Notes under the pieces: model-generated
What the model saw: only the letters and a program-made list of their open reading frames with translations
Database searches by the model: none
Told to the model about the DNA's origin: nothing
Virus record (IMG/VR): IMGVR_UViG_3300010429_000098
Span: 2,281 to 66,280 of that record
Direction: 5' to 3' (one strand)
DNA from: a virus
Lineage: Duplodnaviria; Caudoviricetes
DNA: 64,000 bases
Shown here: positions 46,412-52,643 of the stretch, in pieces
Layout: every line of letters starts with the position of its first letter
Numbering within the stretch: the stretch's first letter is position 1
Program-made: the position numbers and the translations under genes

Positions 46412-47197
46412 ATGAGAGTGCGTAGTAATTGTGAGGAGATGATTGGAAAAACATATCATAAATTAACTGTTCTAAAAGTTAGCGATGAAACGCTCAAAGG
46501 CGGCCAAACACTACTAGAATGTATCTGTGAATGTGGCAATACTAAATTAGGAATGCCGTCCCAATTGCGAAACAGCAAATTAAAATCTTGTGGCTGTCTA
46601 TATCAAGAAAGACTTGTGGACTGGACAGCATTAATTGGAGAGAGGTTTAATAATCTCATACTTTTGCGTCTTGCAGAAAAGGTAAATGGCATGCAACAGG
46701 GAGTGTTTTTGTGTGAATGCGGGAATGAACACACGTGTAATATAACTTCCGTGAGAAGAGGCACGACTAAGTCTTGTGGCTGCGGAAATTCAGGCGGTCG
46801 TCCCTTGGAAAAGCATGGAGCAGAAGGATCACCCGCATACGTATCCTGGGTCGCAATGAAGCAGCGCTGCAATAATGTAAATAATGACCATTATCACAAT
46901 TATGGTGGTCGTGGTATTACATATGATAGCAACTGGGAGTCTTTCATACGATTTTTTGAAGATATGGGCGAACGCCCACCAGGAACTTCGTTGAATAGAA
47001 GAGACAATGATGGAAATTACTGTAAAGAAAACTGCATGTGGTCAACCACAAGTGAGCAGATGAGAAACACAAGCAGAAATGTCTTTATTACGCTAGGTGG
47101 TGTTACTAAATGCAAAATTGATTGGGAACGCGAGCTGGACTGTAAGAGTGACACCTCTGTTAGCAGAATAACTGAAATCTATAACCAAAGAAAGTAA
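46412..47197 (+). CDS. HNH-type endonuclease with duplicated CxC/SCGC N-terminal modules
   Basis: Two C.CECG...L..G..KSCGC units; W.AMK.RC.N...Y..YGGRGI...DMGERP.G.SL.R.DNDG.Y...NC.W. Confidence 0.8.
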   Translation: MRVRSNCEEMIGKTYHKLTVLKVSDETLKGGQTLLECICECGNTKLGMPSQLRNSKLKSCGCLYQERLVDWTALIGERFNNLILLRLAEKVNGMQQGVFLCECGNEHTCNITSVRRGTTKSCGCGNSGGRPLEKHGAEGSPAYVSWVAMKQRCNNVNNDHYHNYGGRGITYDSNWESFIRFFEDMGERPPGTSLNRRDNDGNYCKENCMWSTTSEQMRNTSRNVFITLGGVTKCKIDWERELDCKSDTSVSRITEIYNQRK

Positions 47198-47201
47198 TAA
47201 A

Positions 47202-48335
47202 ATGGAACATATATGCGTCATGGGCGCTAATGCGGGTGACGAGGGTAAAGGGCATCTTGTGGACTATTTCGCTTCATCGGGCGAATACTCTACTGTTGTG
47301 CGATTTAATGGTGGCCCACAAGCTGGGCATACTGTTGAATTGGAGGGTAACAAGAGATTCATATTCTCTCAGCTTGGATCAGGCAGTTTGCGTGGTCTCA
47401 ATACACATCTTTCACGATTTATGTTAGTAAACCCAATTTATTTCATGCGTGAATACAACAAGTTCCAAAGTGAATTTGGAATTAAATTGAAAGTCACCAT
47501 GGATCATCAATGCGAGATTATTACACCCTGGGATGTGGCTCGTAATCAGAACATTGAAAAGCGTCGTCGTGAGAATGCTCATGGCAGTGTGGGGCACGGT
47601 ATCTTTGAAGCTACTAAAAGAGCTTATGAGATATCTCTTACAGCTGAACGACTTGCACATATCTCCAGTGCAGAATTGTCAATAGTGCTGCGTGATGTTG
47701 CAAGATTTCACAATCTTCCATTTGTTCCAAGTGATTTCAATCAGTTTACTGATGCACTTGTGCAGATGTTCGAAGTTGTGAATAGCAAAAGGGATGCTAC
47801 TGTTATCGAGCAGCCATGCATATTTGAAGGTGCACAAGGTCTTCTCCTAGACAAGGACTCAGGAATGTTTCCATATGTTACGCCTTCTCACACAGGTTTA
47901 ACGAATGTGGTTGCATTGCTGAGCGAATGCGATATACAACAAGCCGTGAGGCCCGTGTACGTCACGAGGTCTTACTTAACAAGGCACGGGCCTGGGCCTA
48001 TGTATTATCCTTGGGTGCAAGATGCACATCCATTCTACGAGGAAATGCGGCCAGGGTGGTTGGATGATGATCATACCAATCATTACAACGAGTGGCAAGG
48101 TTATCTTCGTTATGGAGAACTCTCTGTAACTCAGCTGCACTATTCTATTATGAAGGACATGTATCCGGCGCAGCGAAACACGAAGGTAAATGTCCGAAAC
48201 GCTCATGTTGCAATGACTTGGGCTAATTTTGAAACCAACTTGAATCCGTGTAAATTTGTGGGAATGCCTTGGAAGCTTAAATACGAGTCACACGGGAAAA
48301 CGAGTAATCACGTAAAGGAAATCAATGAGACCTGA
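47202..48335 (+). CDS. Divergent adenylosuccinate-synthetase (PurA)-like ligase
   Basis: GANAGDEGKG, RFNGGPQAGHT, FEGAQGLLLD...FPYVTPS, YLTRHGPGP; the aspartate-binding loop and GTP-specificity region are altered. Confidence 0.85.
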   Translation: MEHICVMGANAGDEGKGHLVDYFASSGEYSTVVRFNGGPQAGHTVELEGNKRFIFSQLGSGSLRGLNTHLSRFMLVNPIYFMREYNKFQSEFGIKLKVTMDHQCEIITPWDVARNQNIEKRRRENAHGSVGHGIFEATKRAYEISLTAERLAHISSAELSIVLRDVARFHNLPFVPSDFNQFTDALVQMFEVVNSKRDATVIEQPCIFEGAQGLLLDKDSGMFPYVTPSHTGLTNVVALLSECDIQQAVRPVYVTRSYLTRHGPGPMYYPWVQDAHPFYEEMRPGWLDDDHTNHYNEWQGYLRYGELSVTQLHYSIMKDMYPAQRNTKVNVRNAHVAMTWANFETNLNPCKFVGMPWKLKYESHGKTSNHVKEINET

Positions 48336-48672
48336 TATTCAACTTTGGAATCCGGCACAACAGCGTTGGTGCTGGTATCGTGACATGCCTGGTATCGGTT
48401 ATCACATCATCGACGACGCCCAAGCCGGTTGTCTTAAAGAAGCCAAGATTCAAGTGCCAGTTAAGCATGTTGAAAAGCTCTTTTTTGAGAATAGACCTGA
48501 TTTGACAAGCGGAGAAATCTGGTGTACTAAAACCGGTGCCAAAATTCGCTATCTCGGTGGCGGATGGTGGCATATGTACGGCTATCGTTCAAAAGGAGAG
48601 GATGTGAAAGAGTGTCTTGACATCCTTGAAAATTTGCGGAAAAACAACCATCTTATAATGAAAGAAAAATAA
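48325..48672 (+). CDS. Hypothetical protein
   Basis: 115 aa, Trp-rich, overlaps the PurA-like stop. Confidence 0.6.
   Translation: MRPDIQLWNPAQQRWCWYRDMPGIGYHIIDDAQAGCLKEAKIQVPVKHVEKLFFENRPDLTSGEIWCTKTGAKIRYLGGGWWHMYGYRSKGEDVKECLDILENLRKNNHLIMKEK
48636..48657 (+). promoter_or_regulatory. Candidate phage-RNAP promoter copy 2
   Basis: GCGG-aaaaacaa-CCATCTTATA, in the last codons of 48325-48672, ahead of a structured ~130-nt leader. Confidence 0.5.
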
Positions 48673-48850
48673 ATTAACAATAGTGTTAGAGTTTCTTTTA
48701 GTGTGGCGACTAAGTAAAGCCAAACTAGATACATTTCGAAAGAGGTGTATCAATGATTGGTTTTAGTTTATTAACAATAGGAGGAGAGCGTATGGACACT
48801 GATTCTGCGAAAATCGTGGCATTCGAAAACCAGTATTTCGAGGAGAATTC

Positions 48851-49360
48851 ATGACTCATTCAGAGCTAATCGCGATATTAAATCGCAACCGAATCGACTA
48901 TCACGGTTGGTTCAAAACCGTCGAAGAACTCCTGCAAGAGATCAATGATGGCGAATCTTCGATTGACAACAACGGGGTAAATCAACTCGCTATTGTCAAT
49001 TGTGAGATTGTTGATTCGCGTGGGTATCGTTTGTTGGAGGCTGAGCAGGTCTACCACGACGGTCGCGTGAATAGCAGGATGATCAAAGTGTCTGGTAAAA
49101 TCCAGCGCAATGAGGCTCCTGTACAGGCAATGCATCGTGAACTAGCCGAAGAGCTGGGGATCGTGTTGTTGCCGAATGAATTGACTTATACTGGATCTTC
49201 TGTAAGGGAGAATCAGTTTAGGCCATTCTACGCTACACTTCCGTCCCGCTGTATACGTCACCATTTCTTCTTTCACATGCCTACTAGTATGTGGAAACAG
49301 GAATATGTAGAAGTGGACAGCAAGAAGACTGCGAAGTTTCGATGGTTTCCATCGGAGTAG
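48851..49360 (+). CDS. Nudix hydrolase
   Basis: Canonical Nudix box GKIQRNEAPVQAMHRELAEELGI (GX5EX7REUXEEXGU). Confidence 0.85.
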   Translation: MTHSELIAILNRNRIDYHGWFKTVEELLQEINDGESSIDNNGVNQLAIVNCEIVDSRGYRLLEAEQVYHDGRVNSRMIKVSGKIQRNEAPVQAMHRELAEELGIVLLPNELTYTGSSVRENQFRPFYATLPSRCIRHHFFFHMPTSMWKQEYVEVDSKKTAKFRWFPSE

Positions 49361-49433
49361 AACTAAACTAGGAGCCTTTGCAGAGGTTCTTATGGTTAGT
49401 TTTGTGTAAGTAGTTTTAACAACAGGAGTAAAG

Positions 49434-49547
49434 ATGAAACAAGAGATTCACAAGTGGACAGACGGATATATTACGTTCGTTGGGACAGAGAAACAATGGA
49501 TGGCTTCTAGCTATCCTGCATGTGGTGGCTTTTGGCAGATTTATTAA
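49434..49547 (+). CDS. 37-aa small ORF
   Basis: RBS CAGGAG; MKQEIHKWTDG...WQIY*; below the ORF-track cut-off. Confidence 0.45.
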   Translation: MKQEIHKWTDGYITFVGTEKQWMASSYPACGGFWQIY

Positions 49548-49566
49548 TTTACAACAGGAGTTAGAA

Positions 49567-49872
49567 ATGAAAAAGTTTTTCTTGGTTTTGATGGCGACGC
49601 TAGCCCTGGTTGGTTGCGGAGCTGAAAGTGAATTAAAGTCGCTTACTAAAGAGCGATTGAAGGATCCGGAATCTGCAAGATTTGGTAAAATCACGGTATT
49701 GGAAAATGTGGCTTGCGTGACAATATCCGCTAAAAACGGATTTGGTGGATACGGCAATACCACGCAATTCGCATTCGAGAAAGAGAAAGGAAACTGGAAA
49801 TTCTTTTACGATATGGAACTACACCATGACGATTGTGTTCGAATAATGTCCAGGAGAGCGAAAAACAAATGA
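49567..49872 (+). CDS. Lipoprotein
   Basis: MKKFFLVLMATLALVG-C lipobox; LKDPESARF...C..I.AKNGFGGY.G-like motif; RBS CAGGAG. Confidence 0.75.
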   Translation: MKKFFLVLMATLALVGCGAESELKSLTKERLKDPESARFGKITVLENVACVTISAKNGFGGYGNTTQFAFEKEKGNWKFFYDMELHHDDCVRIMSRRAKNK

Positions 49873-50066
49873 ACTGGTACATAGTTCGTAATCACCAAGG
49901 GAAATGTGTGTATGCACATTTCAGTCTTGACAAAGCCCGAGATGCCCTAAGAAAGCATGACAGGGCAGTGGTATTGGAGTCATACAATGTCAACTACATC
50001 ATTGGATGGGCTGCATGTGTGATAGTGTTTGGAGGGATTGGTGTCATGCTTGCATGGCGTGGGTAA
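49869..50066 (+). CDS. Small protein with C-terminal TM helix
   Basis: Overlap coupling; IIGWAACVIVFGGIGVMLAW. Confidence 0.55.
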   Translation: MNWYIVRNHQGKCVYAHFSLDKARDALRKHDRAVVLESYNVNYIIGWAACVIVFGGIGVMLAWRG

Positions 50067-50088
50067 TTTTTTAAAGGAACAGTTCAAA

Positions 50089-50304
50089 ATGAATAAGTTT
50101 TATTGTAAGTTCATGTGTATCGCGGAAAAAATCGTAACTGTCGCATTACTACTGATTGCAACAATGGTGGTGGTAAAAGCTGGCACTGTCTCAGCATTGT
50201 TGCTACCTGCGTTTGTGATTTATATGGTTCTTGAGATGAACCAATCCTATTCGTCCAAACGGAGAAATGCGAAAAACCCTGGGACTCATGTAAATGAAAA
50301 ATAA
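50089..50304 (+). CDS. Small two-TM membrane protein
   Basis: RBS AAGGA; two hydrophobic segments. Confidence 0.55.
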   Translation: MNKFYCKFMCIAEKIVTVALLLIATMVVVKAGTVSALLLPAFVIYMVLEMNQSYSSKRRNAKNPGTHVNEK

Positions 50305-50689
50305 ACTCAAACTAGTCGTTTGTGCGGTAATGGACGGTTGGAATATGTCTGTAGGCAAGAAGACGAAACATTTCGATCGTGAATTTCGTAAACAAAGTTG
50401 CAAAATCGAAGAAGTCGAATTGCATGAACAGGCAAAATACACGGCTAATATTCTGTACTTAGCGGCAAACGCGTTTGGAGAGACTGTACACGACTTGTTG
50501 TTGTGGGCGAAACAGGTGATTCAAAATATGGACAGAAAAGACATTATTATTCTATTTACTATTTATACATTTTTGTTTCACCCTGTTCTGTCGCTCGTAC
50601 TATTATCTTTGATAGTTTTGACGGATATGATCAGCGCGTTTAAAGGAGGAGAACGTGCTGCTGTGAGTATCGTAAGGGAAGCGGTGTAA
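50294..50689 (+). CDS. Hypothetical protein with C-terminal hydrophobic segment
   Basis: 131 aa. Confidence 0.55.
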   Translation: MKNKLKLVVCAVMDGWNMSVGKKTKHFDREFRKQSCKIEEVELHEQAKYTANILYLAANAFGETVHDLLLWAKQVIQNMDRKDIIILFTIYTFLFHPVLSLVLLSLIVLTDMISAFKGGERAAVSIVREAV

Positions 50690-50691
50690 CT

Positions 50692-50720
50692 GCGGCCTTT
50701 TAGCCATCTTATATGAAGAA
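50692..50720 (+). promoter_or_regulatory. Candidate phage-RNAP promoter copy 3
   Basis: GCGG-ccttttag-CCATCTTATA-TGAAGAA; 18 nt (GCCATCTTATATGAAGAA) identical to copy 1; 12-bp inverted repeat with 50743-50754. Confidence 0.6.
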
Positions 50721-50811
50721 CAAAGATATAGCAATCTTGCTAGTTCTTCATATACCTAAACTTATTATGAGTTTGCTTAGGTATATTTATCAATTAATAA
50801 TAGGAATATAA

Positions 50812-51057
50812 ATGAATCAACATGCGAATAAGACGATCCCGCAACTAGAGGCACAATTAAAAGCGCTTAAACTAATCGCAAAGGGCGGCTTTCAAATGGA
50901 TCTTCGCCACAATCAACTTAAACAAATGGAAATTCTTTTCTATCTGGCTGAGTTGTATGGAGAGGATGATGCCAGGAATAAGCGGAAAATCTACGCTACA
51001 ACTGCACGTGTACCCATCACAACCTATCTGGAGAGTAAGAAATTACTCCCTGCTTAA
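50812..51057 (+). CDS. Hypothetical protein
   Basis: 81 aa, RBS TAGGA. Confidence 0.6.
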   Translation: MNQHANKTIPQLEAQLKALKLIAKGGFQMDLRHNQLKQMEILFYLAELYGEDDARNKRKIYATTARVPITTYLESKKLLPA

Positions 51058-51085
51058 ACATTTAATAACTTCATAAGGAATAATC

Positions 51086-51313
51086 ATGTTCAAATTTTTC
51101 AAAGAACGCATCGCTCAACAAAATCGCGTTGCACGGTATCAGCAATTCAGGACCGAGATTGATATCATTATTAGCAAAGAAAGTGCCGCAAGGGACGATC
51201 TGCGCTTGATGGTGAACAACAGGCATTGGAACGCTGCCAGGAGCGTTATCGCAGAACTGGAGAGCTATGACGAGACAAAAAAGAGCCTCCAGGCTGAAAT
51301 CCTCGCGCTGTAA
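51086..51313 (+). CDS. Hypothetical protein
   Basis: 75 aa, RBS AAGGA. Confidence 0.65.
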   Translation: MFKFFKERIAQQNRVARYQQFRTEIDIIISKESAARDDLRLMVNNRHWNAARSVIAELESYDETKKSLQAEILAL

Positions 51314-51324
51314 AGGAGCCAATC

Positions 51325-51462
51325 ATGTGGATAATTGTCTTAGTGCTTGTCGGTCTTCATATTCTCTCTTATTTCACCAATAAGGAGAAACCGTACGAGA
51401 ATAACAGGAAGTACACATACGAGGAGGTTTATCGTACACGCGACGGGGAGAACACACTGTGA
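51325..51462 (+). CDS. 45-aa single-TM protein
   Basis: RBS AAGGAG; MWIIVLVLVGLHILSYF; its TGA overlaps the next GTG. Confidence 0.55.
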   Translation: MWIIVLVLVGLHILSYFTNKEKPYENNRKYTYEEVYRTRDGENTL

Positions 51463-51641
51463 ACAAGTTCGTAAAGAATCTTGTCAAATGGATTTTGATC
51501 GGTATGACGGTAACGATCATTCTTAAAATGGCAATTGCGATGGCAAAGGGATTAATCTTTGTTGTCATCACATGCGTCATCATTTCCGCTATCTTTGGTA
51601 AAATCGTCTCAACAACAACTTTGTTTAAGGAATCAAAATGA
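51459..51641 (+). CDS. 60-aa two-TM protein
   Basis: Hydrophobic; coupled at both ends. Confidence 0.6.
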   Translation: MNKFVKNLVKWILIGMTVTIILKMAIAMAKGLIFVVITCVIISAIFGKIVSTTTLFKESK

Positions 51642-51832
51642 GCTCCGTTATCTACATCGTCCTCGTTCTCCTGGCCATCTTCTTGGGCATGAAAATTGCT
51701 CGTGGATTGATTACCGGTTTGGTCCTCTTGTTTGGCGTCGGTCTGTTCGCGCGACGTGCGAAGAAAGTTGCACCGATGAAGGCCACGGTTCATGAAAACT
51801 TTCGGTCTAACGCAAATGCTACGAATGCTTAA
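51638..51832 (+). CDS. 64-aa two-TM protein
   Basis: RBS AAGGA; hydrophobic N-terminal half. Confidence 0.6.
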   Translation: MSSVIYIVLVLLAIFLGMKIARGLITGLVLLFGVGLFARRAKKVAPMKATVHENFRSNANATNA

Positions 51833-52013
51833 AGCCGTTTGGCTTGCGGCAAAATTTACATTGTTCCTCCTGGTGTTAGTGGCTTTCGCAGGCATCGCCA
51901 CCGGAGGGCATGTGTATTCAGTGAATGGCACACTGGCTGTATTTAAAATAGTATGGCCAGTTGTGACAATCCTGTTCGTAGCCGCTACATTTGCTAATAA
52001 GGCCGTGAAATGA
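51792..52013 (+). CDS. 73-aa two-TM protein
   Basis: Two hydrophobic helices. Confidence 0.55.
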   Translation: MKTFGLTQMLRMLKAVWLAAKFTLFLLVLVAFAGIATGGHVYSVNGTLAVFKIVWPVVTILFVAATFANKAVK

Positions 52014-52180
52014 GCAAGAAAGTCTATCATATCCATAGCAAAGAAAGTGAAGATATTGAGCTAGGTAAGGTAGTGGTGATTATATTAGCACTAATAGTAG
52101 TATATAGGTTGCATCTTTGGATATTAATCTTTCTATACGCTTTGTACCTTCTAAGCAGGCCCTTTGTGGACGATATCTGA
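52010..52180 (+). CDS. 56-aa membrane protein
   Basis: ATGA overlap; VVVIILALIVVYRLHLWILIFLYALYLL; not in the ORF track. Confidence 0.55.
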   Translation: MSKKVYHIHSKESEDIELGKVVVIILALIVVYRLHLWILIFLYALYLLSRPFVDDI

Positions 52181-52358
52181 AACTAAGAATATATTAATTG
52201 CCGGCCTTGTGCCGGCATTATTTCCATTATTTTTTTTTTTCGAATATCAATAATAATAACAAAACAATCTTGCCGGCATTTGCTGGCATTTTCTACATTA
52301 TTTTTTTCAGAAAGGCTATCTATACTAAGAATAGTAAGATAACAAAAGATAAAGTTAG

Positions 52359-52493
52359 ATGAGAAAACCCCCGAAATCATTGATCTCTATTGTGACCTTT
52401 ATTGTAATGTTCGCACTTTTATACAAATTAATGGCTATCGCGCTTATTATATTTGTTATTTGTGCTGCATACAGTATAGCATCTAAAGATTGA
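52359..52493 (+). CDS. 44-aa two-TM protein
   Basis: MRKPPKSLISIVTFIVMFALLYKLMAIALIIFVICAAYSIASKD*. Confidence 0.45.
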   Translation: MRKPPKSLISIVTFIVMFALLYKLMAIALIIFVICAAYSIASKD

Positions 52494-52643
52494 TCACTAG
52501 TTTCGTAGAGTTTTATCAAGGCAGATTCTAACGAAGGTAAAGAAATACCACGTCCATTGTCATGATGGCGAGTACACATTGTGTATTTATGAATAAAACC
52601 AGAATAAACAAATTCTACGTTTTATTAACCAAAAAGTCGAACT

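Noticed and set aside
47202-48335. PurZ / 2-aminoadenine (Z) genome pathway
   Set aside because: The catalytic motif is GDEGKG (Asp), not the Ser of PurZ/PurZ0, and no DatZ- or MazZ-like gene is recognisable in the window.
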